A stretch of 31,432 nucleotides of DNA from Anaerolineaceae bacterium. GTDB lineage: Bacteria; Chloroflexota; Anaerolineae; Anaerolineales; Villigracilaceae. The notes beneath the pieces are model-generated. The model was not told the origin of the DNA and ran no database searches. It saw only the letters and a program-made list of their open reading frames with translations. Positions 16,901-22,954 of this stretch are shown one piece after another. The DNA lies in the NCBI GenBank assembly GCA_009885945.1, contig VFJR01000071.1:1-31432 (forward strand), written 5' to 3'. The stretch's first letter is position 1, and each line of letters opens with the position of its first letter. A program made the position numbers and the translations under genes.

Positions 16901-18397
16901 GACAATCTTTTGCATTATCGTGCTGGCTATGGATACCTTTCCGAACGAGCAGATGGAGTTAATCGCACCCTTACATTAAAGGTGGGGGAAGGCTTAGCTG
17001 GATGGGTTGTACAAAACCGTGAAGCAACATTAGTCGATGATTTACATGAAGATAGTCGCTGGACACGATCTCCTAGCTCGTCACAAGATCACCGCAGCGC
17101 TTTAATTACCCCCATGTTGGTAAGTGAAGACGTTATTGGCGTTTTAATGGTTTTTCACCGTGAAGTCAGTTTCTTTAGCCCTGAAATGCTCAATTTGGTA
17201 AAGGCAATTGCAAGTCAGGTAGCTGTAGCAATAAATAATGCGCATTTATATGAATTAATTCGTGATCAAGCAGAACGTCTTGGTGTAATGCTCCGCAAGG
17301 AACAAGAGGAAGCCAGCCGTTCTCAAGCTATTCTTGAAGCTGTTGCCGATGGCGTTTTGGTAACAGGCGCAGATAACCGAATTACATTTGTTAACTACTC
17401 CATTGAACGTATCCTTGGGTTAAAAGTTGAACAAATCCTTGGGCAATCATTGGATGTGTTTGGCGGATTATTCGGCAAGACAGCTAGTGATTGGATGGAA
17501 ACGATTCGCCTTTGGTCAGAAGCGCCCGCATCCTATCAAACGGGTGATTCCTATGCGGAACAGATCGAACTTGAAAATGGGCATATAGCGTTGGTCCATC
17601 TGGCGCCTGTTATTTTACAAAACGATTTCCTTGGCACTGTTTCCATCTTTCGTGATATTACTCATGAAGTTGAGGTGGATCGTCTGAAGTCCGAATTTGT
17701 AGCAACGGTTAGCCATGAATTACGTACCCCTATGACAGCCATTAAGGGCTATGTCGAAATCTTGCTAATGGGTGCGGCTGGTGCTATTGGCGAAAACCAA
17801 GCACACTTCTTATCTATAGTAAAGAATAATATCGAACGACTTAATTCTTTAGTGGATGACTTGCTTGACATATCTCGCATCGAATCAGGTCGTGTCACTC
17901 TTACGCCGCAACCATTAGAAATGCGCGAAGTGGCAGAGGATGTAATTGCCGAGCTTTTGCGCCGTTCTCAAGAAGAGAAAAAACCAATGGCAGTATCGCT
18001 CGATGCTGAAAAGAATCTCCCGCCAGTTGTTGGTGATGTTGGACGGGTACGTCAAATACTCGGAAACCTGGTGGACAACGCCTATCATTACACCCCAGAG
18101 AATGGCACTATCCATGTTAATATTTACACAACAAACGGAAATGGCGAAAAACAGCTGCGCGTGGATGTGCAAGACAATGGTGTTGGCATTGCAGTAGAAG
18201 ACCAAGAGCGCATCTTCGATCGCTTTTATCGTGGTGAACACCCTCTTGTATTGGCTACCCCTGGAACAGGATTGGGACTCTCCATTGTCCGCCAACTTGT
18301 GGAAATGCATAATGGAAAACTTTGGATGAATAGCTCAGGCGTAGCTGGTGAAGGAAGTATCTTCTCCTTCACATTGCCAGTCTATAAAAATCAATGA
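10958..18397 (+). CDS. Giant (2479 aa) membrane-anchored sensor histidine kinase: N-terminal TM, PAS, about 11 tandem GAF domains, PAS, HisKA, HATPase_c
   Basis: TM 'GVGLGIWLIIAGLALVLLVWLVLWLL'. At least 11 repeated GAF C-terminal blocks (e.g. AALENATLYEDS, ITLENARLYESS, VAINNAHLYELI, ALQNSKLLIETQ, SLENVRLVLATQ). H-box 'EFVATVSHELRTPMTAIKGY'. N-box 'GNLVDNAYHYTPENG'. G1 'DNGVGIAVED'. G2 'GTGLGLSIVRQLVEMHNGKLW'. Single uninterrupted ORF. Confidence 0.85.
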   Translation: MLAGVGLGIWLIIAGLALVLLVWLVLWLLPGEKTAKVSEAPSYLPDTANSIDAVLIVEPGGRVNYMNSLARHWFDMAENDEPDIERLTRRVRPADQFLDVCVMPGQKRVTIGGRLMEVTSYEVPGTSPLILVTLRAMDLGSALIGGTSDSSTSILKVVKDFSQAVSLSLSLMHTLQAVLENISRLTSSDILELKLWDTQSDSLIPYRFDDPNSPARVIVRASVTQFGEFTSQLLTTRQPVFIASTEARSNTAPRNAEIKSIHSYLGIPLIVGDKLVGTLEAGQTSGGSFGQHDLDLLLLVSGQAASALRNAGRYEEEEKRSLELSGLANLTQAFSSIQDVRDLFASLIESISLLFNTDIIGFLLFDEDKSTLEGQIPFRGIPAHIVEIFRSSIPSGSSAEQVLNSRNSIYTLDASKDESWRLLGFTNIAIAASLRDCALIPLVSSSRVVGYFLLAHHRGGTSAFTKDESRLIDIVADQVAAIVDNALLVQHARIRSQRSDSLRRIASLSASSATLNEVLTFSIQELANLFQAEAGAVFLLNSKSGELTLEKNSAFGVDENTKEAFKVIYIDQPQYRQTVSGSQRSFVSGRLSTDRRVSPPYQQLAGVLHMESVLLVPLVARDKSIGELMLGNRRSDYFTTYDLQIVSTAAGLLATAIENSNLLKQTDDSLRQKVDQLSSASVTAREISASLEYDHLLQIIYEEALKISHATCGSVIFFKFNENDEIPHITHSIGCFNSKVVTPFELAAIKRGSAIEMPDFFSQIDYSAPHESVHSALLVPIVHHGKTTGLIQLHSSQAAFFKSMISESVQSLALQSGIALENARQYNDERLHVEVLRRRAETLVDLSNVSYSLNLEEPLEGSLLSIAHGISKATSFQVVLISIFESETGMLRRVTGVGIPQDILNELLSRKQPYSSVQSLLRPEFKIGRTYYIPADQTPIVPSDVHMVTLQLSSDQKTSNSWYSEDFLLIPLEDGQGNPIGLISLDDPSNGLRPDMATISSLEAFAAQATLVITNVARASDLKNKVDALTAGLQRQQKLLSVTQNDVPILLRKDLEQTISVHSLERRAQRVRAGLLITESVSRQLDASSALMALAREVLTQLNMSASIVAESGAEGPRLLHILGSVPKSTNVDALFGQRNPLRSCLQSGEPLLVATLEENEEWRDAPLLTSLRAKAFICLPVMVENVPVAAMLAVSPEPLTAFTDEDRQVYYQISRQTSVILQNISLLNETRRRLQEVNLLLEFSQHLSGLSPEEILRSLLDSARRVLHSAHAGNVLLWDFQSDLLVSRAVSGYADNESLTRITYRSGEALPGSVYASRKPRKVDEINFSRDYNISSENLLLYRQATGGRIPVSSLLVPIISGDRNLGLLVLDNFNATGAFKVEDETLLLSLTQQVALSLENVRLVLATQERAGQLQALNDVAASLTSNLRNDQLVKSLLDQLAPVIPFDTATLLVREKDRLKVMDVRGFEDNDQRLGLSLAVADSAIFNEMSRKGQPVVVSDVREDPRFPRVDAPRLSWLGIPMISKGELVGVITLEKAQVRFYNKEQAQVAATFASQAAVALENATLYEDSLSRAAELDQRSQRLMVLNRFSASLGGLLDVDQILQLTAQELLQALTNVKRISIITFEGEKAIWKLASPRTNMKLPRPLPHAPIFDRLRSSMGLFTSDNIANEPDLMPLKDMLGQDNASLMIVPLGVASKLTGLLFAYTPGQYRFTSTEVDLARTMVTQASITLENARLYESSVRTAERFAALNETSSQISANLNAEEIYQAVHKAAKRVMPVESFVISLLDEDTNEIIGAYLIDHDQRSPATRVPRSQGLTGKILESGQPLLISGDEVKAAGGIQYGDAPKSPLSIIAVPMTLGGKTLGMLSAQSYEPNIYTDDDVQILGTLANQTIVALQNSKLLIETQTLAAEQERRVVERTAQLQHEQQNTETLLRILTEVSSSLDLDRALNRTLSLLNDAIGAEQGTIMLLHAEDNLLHYRAGYGYLSERADGVNRTLTLKVGEGLAGWVVQNREATLVDDLHEDSRWTRSPSSSQDHRSALITPMLVSEDVIGVLMVFHREVSFFSPEMLNLVKAIASQVAVAINNAHLYELIRDQAERLGVMLRKEQEEASRSQAILEAVADGVLVTGADNRITFVNYSIERILGLKVEQILGQSLDVFGGLFGKTASDWMETIRLWSEAPASYQTGDSYAEQIELENGHIALVHLAPVILQNDFLGTVSIFRDITHEVEVDRLKSEFVATVSHELRTPMTAIKGYVEILLMGAAGAIGENQAHFLSIVKNNIERLNSLVDDLLDISRIESGRVTLTPQPLEMREVAEDVIAELLRRSQEEKKPMAVSLDAEKNLPPVVGDVGRVRQILGNLVDNAYHYTPENGTIHVNIYTTNGNGEKQLRVDVQDNGVGIAVEDQERIFDRFYRGEHPLVLATPGTGLGLSIVRQLVEMHNGKLWMNSSGVAGEGSIFSFTLPVYKNQ

Positions 18398-18405
18398 GGA
18401 ATTGA

Positions 18406-18780
18406 ATGGCAAAAATTTTAATAGCTGAAGATGAACCAGACATTCGTGACCTAGTGGCATTTACACTTCGATTTGCAGGACATGAAGTAGTCGCAACCTC
18501 CAATGGGGAGGATGCGTTACACTCAGCTCCCAATGTAAAACCAGATTTAATTCTTATGGATGTGCGTATGCCAAAGATGACTGGATACGAGGCTTGCCGA
18601 GCCATGAAAGCAGACCCTCAGCTAAGAGACATTCCCGTTGTATTTCTCTCTGCTAAAGGGCAAGAGAGCGAAATTCAAATAGGCATGGAAGCAGGCGCCG
18701 AAGAATATTTATTAAAACCATTTGCCCCCGATCAATTGACCGAGCGCATAAGATCCATCCTTGCTAAATACGGAAAATAA
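18406..18780 (+). CDS. Stand-alone CheY-like response-regulator receiver
   Basis: 'ILIAEDEPDIRDL', phospho-acceptor 'LILMDVRMPKMTGYE', 'YLLKPF'. 8 nt after the HK stop; SD TGAGGA. Confidence 0.85.
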   Translation: MAKILIAEDEPDIRDLVAFTLRFAGHEVVATSNGEDALHSAPNVKPDLILMDVRMPKMTGYEACRAMKADPQLRDIPVVFLSAKGQESEIQIGMEAGAEEYLLKPFAPDQLTERIRSILAKYGK

Positions 18781-18803
18781 GTACAGTTGGATAAATTGAA
18801 ACA

Positions 18804-19592
18804 ATGAGTGCCATTTTAATTGACGGATCTATCGTTCACTACGAAGCATTGGGTCGCGGCCGTCCCATTGTCTTTCTAAACGGCTGGGTTGGCTCATGGC
18901 GCTACTGGGTATCTGCCATGCAGGTTGCATCCACTTCATTTCGCGCATATGCAATAGATTTATTTGGATACGGTGACACAGCCCATGAAACCATTCGCTA
19001 CTCTCTCGACAAACAAGCAAGCCTCATTAATCGATTTATGGAAGAAATGGGTATCGGGAAAATAGCAATTGTTGGTCATGGGCTTGGCGCATTGGTTGGG
19101 TTTTCATTTATTCAACAATGGCCAAAAAGTGTAGATCGTATGATGGCAATCAATGCCCCCTTGGATTTTGTATCAGTAAGCGCGCGCTTGAAGACTGCCC
19201 CCATGACAGAATTAATAGAATGGCTTTCGAGTAAATCCCCAGAAGCAATCAGCGCCCTAGCAGACGCTTCAAAAGCAGACCTCGCGGCTGTTGCCGCTTC
19301 GATGGGCAGTTTGCAAGCTGACAACCTCTTTACTCATATTCGCACAGCGGGTATTCCCTGCCTGTTGGTACATGGACAAAATGATCCCGCCATAGTAACT
19401 CCCACCCAAGAGAGCATTGATGGAATGCCATCGCACCTGCACCAAATTACATTAGATTCTATAGGTCATTTTCCAATGATAGACAATCCATCGCAGTTTA
19501 ACCGCCTTATGACAGATTTCCTTGCTTTAGAAACTGGACTCAGCCCCAAAGAACTGCAACTCAAAGAAGAATGGAAACGCAGGGTGCGCTAA
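18804..19592 (+). CDS. Alpha/beta-hydrolase-fold protein, paralog of 6710..7507, lacking the catalytic Ser (GHGLG instead of GHSMG) and the oxyanion His (FLNGW instead of LLHGW): predicted pseudo-hydrolase
   Basis: Direct alignment with the 6710 paralog (same length to the nucleophile elbow, both at codon 93). The Gly codon 19080-19082 replaces Ser. His 'SIGHFPMIDNP' and Asp 'GQNDPAIV' are retained. Confidence 0.7.
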   Translation: MSAILIDGSIVHYEALGRGRPIVFLNGWVGSWRYWVSAMQVASTSFRAYAIDLFGYGDTAHETIRYSLDKQASLINRFMEEMGIGKIAIVGHGLGALVGFSFIQQWPKSVDRMMAINAPLDFVSVSARLKTAPMTELIEWLSSKSPEAISALADASKADLAAVAASMGSLQADNLFTHIRTAGIPCLLVHGQNDPAIVTPTQESIDGMPSHLHQITLDSIGHFPMIDNPSQFNRLMTDFLALETGLSPKELQLKEEWKRRVR

Positions 19593-19607
19593 TATAACGC
19601 GACATCT

Positions 19608-19708
19608 AATTGAACGGGGAGCCTGCCCAAGAGGCTGAGAGGAGCGTATACAACGCTCGACCCGCACTACCTGATCTGGTTAATACCAGCGGAGGGATTT
19701 TCTCGTTT
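19608..19708 (+). ncRNA. TPP (thiamine pyrophosphate, THI-box) riboswitch aptamer
   Basis: ACGGGGAGCCTGCCCAAGAGGCTGAGAGGAGCG...CGCTCGACCCGCACTACCTGATCTGGTTAATACCAGCGGAGGGA. This matches the conserved CUGAGA and ACCUGAUCUGGnUAAUnCCAGCGnAGGGA blocks and the P2/P3 helices of RF00059-type elements (from memory of the consensus). Confidence 0.85.
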
Positions 19709-19711
19709 TCT

Positions 19712-19741
19712 AAAACATCCTCTGCTTGAGGATGTTTTTTT
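19712..19741 (+). terminator. Riboswitch expression-platform intrinsic terminator: AAAACATCCTC-tgctt-GAGGATGTTTT plus TTTTTT
   Basis: 11-bp perfect stem, 5-nt loop, U-tract, read directly. About 30 nt upstream of the thiN ATG. Implies transcription-attenuation (OFF) control. Confidence 0.65.
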
Positions 19742-19770
19742 ATGATTAGAACCAACTATGAAAGAAACTT

Positions 19771-20400
19771 ATGCATCGTATACTGATCTTTGCCAATGGG
19801 GAACTGCCCAGCCTCGAAAAAGCCCGTACGCTTATCCGTGCAGGGGACTATATTATCGCGGTGGATGGGGGCATACGTCATATCCTTGCTTTGAAGCTTA
19901 TCCCCGCCGTTATTATTGGCGACCTCGACTCATTGCCTTCAGACTTTCAGCTTTCAACCTTCAGCGGAGAACTGATCCGATACCCTCGAGACAAAAATGA
20001 AACTGACCTTGAGCTTGCTATTCAACATACTCTTACATTAAACCCTGAGAAAATAATAATTATTGCTGCGCTTGGAGGTCGCCTCGATCAAACTCTGGCT
20101 AATATTTCTTTACTTGCAGACCAGCAACTCTCAGGTTTTGACATCCGATTAAACGATGGGGTGGAGGAAATTTTCATTTGCCGAGCTCAAGCCCAAGTTA
20201 TAGGAATAAGCGGCGATATTATTTCGTTAATTCCCTGGGGCAACCCAGTGACAGGCATCCAGACTACGAATCTAAAATGGGCGCTCAATAAAGAAACGCT
20301 GTTCCCTGAAAAAACACGCGGTATTAGCAATGAAATGACCGCAGATGAAGCGACTATTTCAATTGAATCAGGCTTGCTGGTAATTGTTCGCCGCTATTAA
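19771..20400 (+). CDS. thiN: Thiamine pyrophosphokinase (thiamine diphosphokinase, TPK)
   Basis: 'ILIFANGELPS', 'VIIGDLDSL' and 'IIAALGGRLDQTLANI' match the TPK catalytic-domain motifs (GDxDS, GGRxDH/Q). C-terminal thiamin-binding-like domain. Directly downstream of the TPP riboswitch. Confidence 0.75.
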   Translation: MHRILIFANGELPSLEKARTLIRAGDYIIAVDGGIRHILALKLIPAVIIGDLDSLPSDFQLSTFSGELIRYPRDKNETDLELAIQHTLTLNPEKIIIIAALGGRLDQTLANISLLADQQLSGFDIRLNDGVEEIFICRAQAQVIGISGDIISLIPWGNPVTGIQTTNLKWALNKETLFPEKTRGISNEMTADEATISIESGLLVIVRRY

Positions 20401-20426
20401 ATTTATATCTAAAATTTAAGGTTTCG

Positions 20427-20873
20427 ATGAAAATCATTAAGAAGAATTTTGTTGGCGAAGTCACATGGCAATATGATGGTTCTATACTTCAACGCAACGA
20501 AAACTCAGTGACAATTGAAGCATTTTTCAATCGCGATGATATGCCTTTTATGAATATTGTGTTGAAACGTAATGACCGTTTTGTGGAAACTTTTTACTCG
20601 GACAAATGGTATAACATTTTTGCGATTTATGATCGAGATGACGCCAAATTTAAAGGTTGGTATTGCAATATTACAAAGCCAGCGATTATCCAAATGGATT
20701 TAATAACTTATGAAGACCTTGCACTGGATTTATGGGTTGATGCTGCTGGTGCACAAACTATCTTGGATGAAGAAGAATTACTAGATTTAAAGTTGAGTGA
20801 TGAGCTAAACCAAAAAATTTATCAGGCAATGGAAGAATTGAAGCTTGAGATTAAAAACAAAAAACTCCCATGA
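20427..20873 (+). CDS. DUF402 / Ntdp-like nucleoside tri-/diphosphate phosphatase family protein
   Basis: 'KWYNIFAIYDRDDAKFKGWYCNITKPAIIQMDLITYEDLALDLWVDAAGAQTILDEEEL' parallels S. aureus Ntdp '[24 protein letters not shown]...[26 protein letters not shown]' (recalled, not searched). SD TAAGG upstream. Co-operonic with thiN. Confidence 0.6.
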   Translation: MKIIKKNFVGEVTWQYDGSILQRNENSVTIEAFFNRDDMPFMNIVLKRNDRFVETFYSDKWYNIFAIYDRDDAKFKGWYCNITKPAIIQMDLITYEDLALDLWVDAAGAQTILDEEELLDLKLSDELNQKIYQAMEELKLEIKNKKLP

Positions 20874-20893
20874 GCAAGGAGTTTTTTGTTTAA
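20858..20893. terminator. Bidirectional intrinsic terminator (AAAAACTCC-catgagcaa-GGAGTTTTT) flanked by an A-run upstream and a T-run downstream; overlaps the DUF402 stop codon and lies 12 nt from the stop of the convergent minus-strand small ORF
   Basis: 9-bp perfect stem read directly at 20860-20886. Poly-A and poly-T on either side allow function in both directions. Confidence 0.7.
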
Positions 20894-20904
20894 GTGATGT
20901 GTTT

Positions 20905-21066
20905 TTAACTAAAAGCTTGGACAAGAGTATCGCCGTAAGACCAAAGTCCAACAGCAGATAAACAGCAACAGCAAAGAATTACAACCACAGCGACAACAAT
21001 CATAATTGTTCTATTGTTGTTTTTCTTGGGCTCAGTTCCGCCAGACATTTCAGGTGTTTCATTCAT
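20905..21066 (-). CDS. Small (53 aa) predicted single-pass membrane peptide with a CCCC cysteine cluster in the TM segment (not in the ORF track)
   Basis: Reverse-strand translation MNETPEMSGGTEPKKNNNRTIMIVVAVVVILCCCCLSAVGLWSYGDTLVQAFS. Excellent SD GGAGAG 5 nt upstream of the ATG. 35 nt downstream of the DUF4126 gene, same strand. Confidence 0.4.
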   Translation of the reverse strand: MNETPEMSGGTEPKKNNNRTIMIVVAVVVILCCCCLSAVGLWSYGDTLVQAFS

Positions 21067-21101
21067 AATAGCTCTCCTAAAAAATAATTTTATACATTAT
21101 A

Positions 21102-21668
21102 TCAGGCTGTTTGCTGTTTGCGTCGTGACCACCACCAAAGGAAAATAATGGTGAACATAATAAGGATAACGCCCATAACAATAGGGACAAATATCGAAAG
21201 AATAGACACCGCCGTTGCCGTAACATCCTCTGCGATAGAAACGGGGGTATTGCCAGCCCCGGCAGTGGTTGCGCTGACCATTGGGCGTATCACGGCAGAT
21301 TTGGTAACGTGCACACCTCCAGCGATCAAAAGCCCGCACGCAAGCGCAATGAGCGGATTAACATCTGTGATGACTTTTGCGCTGGCGGCAAATGCGATTG
21401 CGCCTGCTGCTGGGCGGATGAAAGTTTGGATTAGGTCATTAATGTGATTGACTGCGGGGAATTTATCTGCGAGCGTTTCTATGATCACCAATACACACAG
21501 CAGAATCAAAATCCATGCATTTGCTAGTAAACTCCACGGTTCGTTGAGCTGAAATGTGTTTGGTAAATAATGTGCGATAGCGCCAACTACCAGCAATGGA
21601 ATGTAAGCATTCACCCCAGCGCTGGCAGATAAACCGAATGCCGAAAAAACTCCTAGTAAAAGTTCCAT
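21102..21668 (-). CDS. DUF4126-like polytopic membrane protein
   Basis: 'MELLLGVFSAFGLSASAGVNAYIPLLVVGAIAHYLP' followed by further TM helices. SD AAGGAG 8 nt upstream. Family assignment from memory. Confidence 0.45.
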   Translation of the reverse strand: MELLLGVFSAFGLSASAGVNAYIPLLVVGAIAHYLPNTFQLNEPWSLLANAWILILLCVLVIIETLADKFPAVNHINDLIQTFIRPAAGAIAFAASAKVITDVNPLIALACGLLIAGGVHVTKSAVIRPMVSATTAGAGNTPVSIAEDVTATAVSILSIFVPIVMGVILIMFTIIFLWWWSRRKQQTA

Positions 21669-21694
21669 TTTTAGTTCTCCTTTATTTTTTTAAA

Positions 21695-22531
21695 TTAACC
21701 AGTAATTCCAGGGAAGCCGCCCCAGGTACCCGTCAGCTGTAAGCGGAATAGGTCAATGCTAATGATCAGAATCAAGCCGAGGGTTAGTCCTGATGCGGCG
21801 GCTAGCCAAAGCTGGCGAGGGTGATCAAATGTATTTTCCTGACGCATGATCATGATCCATGCCATTGAGAACACAGCGCTCAACAGGACGAGTATACCGA
21901 ATATACTTAAGTAAGCGATTAAATATAGCATGATTGTACTATCTGCTAACACTGCTAAATTCATTGCGCTGACAATGCCAATGATGATACCTAATATTTT
22001 CCAATCAAGCGCCTCAATTTGTTCAGAGTTGCGCCAAATGGTTTGATTGACGGCGGGGTAGAGAATGGCTGCAAGCGCGATGCCCATGCCGCTGCCAGTG
22101 AAAATACGTAATATGCTGTTGGGAATATACAAGTTGGGGATATTGTCCAGCGCGCCTTGCGATGTTTGTTTTAGCAGATATAGATATGAGTTACTTCCAT
22201 CTATCCCAAACGCCAGAAAAAAAAGAAATAACAGAACAAGGATACTGCGTTTTGGAAATTTACTTCTTTTGCCGCTCATCCATCCCAGAACTATAAATGA
22301 AATTGCCGCAGCGTTGAATTCGCCAGTGCAGCGCGCGCATAATGGAAGTTGACGTTCTCCAATTTGAAAGGATCGCGCATCAATGCGATGACAAATTGCA
22401 TATCCAACAGCATCTAATTTTCCCAGCGCGCCTTCGGGAGAAATATAAAACCACACGCTAATTGCTGCTAGCATAGCGATTATCACGAACCAGCGCAAAG
22501 GCTTTATATAAGGAGTATTTTCTGTTTGCAT
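21695..22531 (-). CDS. DUF2085-family membrane protein (Cys-rich CH...C..C motif)
   Basis: 'YAICHRIDARSFQIGERQLPLCARCTGEF' matches the conserved DUF2085 CHQ..RSF....P.CARCTG block; 5-6 TM helices. Start ambiguous: ATG at 22531 (used here) or TTG at 22555 (ORF track). Overlaps the upstream gene's end, which is operon-typical. Confidence 0.55.
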   Translation of the reverse strand: MQTENTPYIKPLRWFVIIAMLAAISVWFYISPEGALGKLDAVGYAICHRIDARSFQIGERQLPLCARCTGEFNAAAISFIVLGWMSGKRSKFPKRSILVLLFLFFLAFGIDGSNSYLYLLKQTSQGALDNIPNLYIPNSILRIFTGSGMGIALAAILYPAVNQTIWRNSEQIEALDWKILGIIIGIVSAMNLAVLADSTIMLYLIAYLSIFGILVLLSAVFSMAWIMIMRQENTFDHPRQLWLAAASGLTLGLILIISIDLFRLQLTGTWGGFPGITG

Positions 22532-22544
22532 TGTAACGTTTGCC

Positions 22545-22937
22545 TCAGCGCTCAAAATATTCTTTCATCGGTTTGAAGTAAAAATCGTCCCAGCCTTTTT
22601 TGTATCCGTCTGCTTGTTGATCGGGGATGCTGGTATGGATAAGGGTTACTTTTGTCTGCCCATTTTTTTCTTCAAATAATATTTCTACAAGTGAGTCGTT
22701 ATCATCTTCAGAAAATTCACTGGTGCGCCAAGTTTGCAGGATGCGCTGATTTTCAGTTAATTCTAAAAATGTACCCCAAATATAACCATCCCATGCAGTA
22801 AATTCACCGCGCGCCCGCCCGTCCACTTTTGCGGGGCTGCCCGTCATGGCGCTATGCCCTGTGGTGGAAAGCCATGATGAATAAATTTTCTCGGCGCTTG
22901 TCTTGAATGTTTCAATAAGTGTAAATTCGTTTTTCAT
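22545..22937 (-). CDS. SRPBCC-superfamily protein, AHSA1 (activator of Hsp90 ATPase homolog 1-like) domain
   Basis: 130 aa. The 'TFKTSAEKIYSSWLST...GEFTAWDGYIWGTFLELTENQRILQTWRTSEF...TKVTLIHTSIP' pattern is typical of PF08327-like proteins. Confidence 0.55.
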   Translation of the reverse strand: MKNEFTLIETFKTSAEKIYSSWLSTTGHSAMTGSPAKVDGRARGEFTAWDGYIWGTFLELTENQRILQTWRTSEFSEDDNDSLVEILFEEKNGQTKVTLIHTSIPDQQADGYKKGWDDFYFKPMKEYFER

Positions 22938-22954
22938 TTTCCTACTCTCATTTT

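Noticed and set aside
11730-17000. Multiple 60-80 aa ORFs on both strands inside the giant histidine-kinase gene (e.g. 11730..11942 -, 13097..13279 -, 14277..14698 -, 16693..16905 -)
   Set aside because: All lie within a single continuous 2479-codon ORF with clear domain structure. Antisense or out-of-frame artefacts.
19758-20000. 80-aa plus-strand ORF starting 13 nt upstream of the thiN start in another frame
   Set aside because: Out of frame with the TPK motifs (GDLDS, GGRLDQ) that define the real gene. Arg/Pro/Tyr-rich translation typical of an off-frame read.
21118-21447. 109-aa plus-strand ORF opposite the DUF4126 gene
   Set aside because: Antisense to a membrane-protein gene with good RBS and operon context. 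No independent signals.
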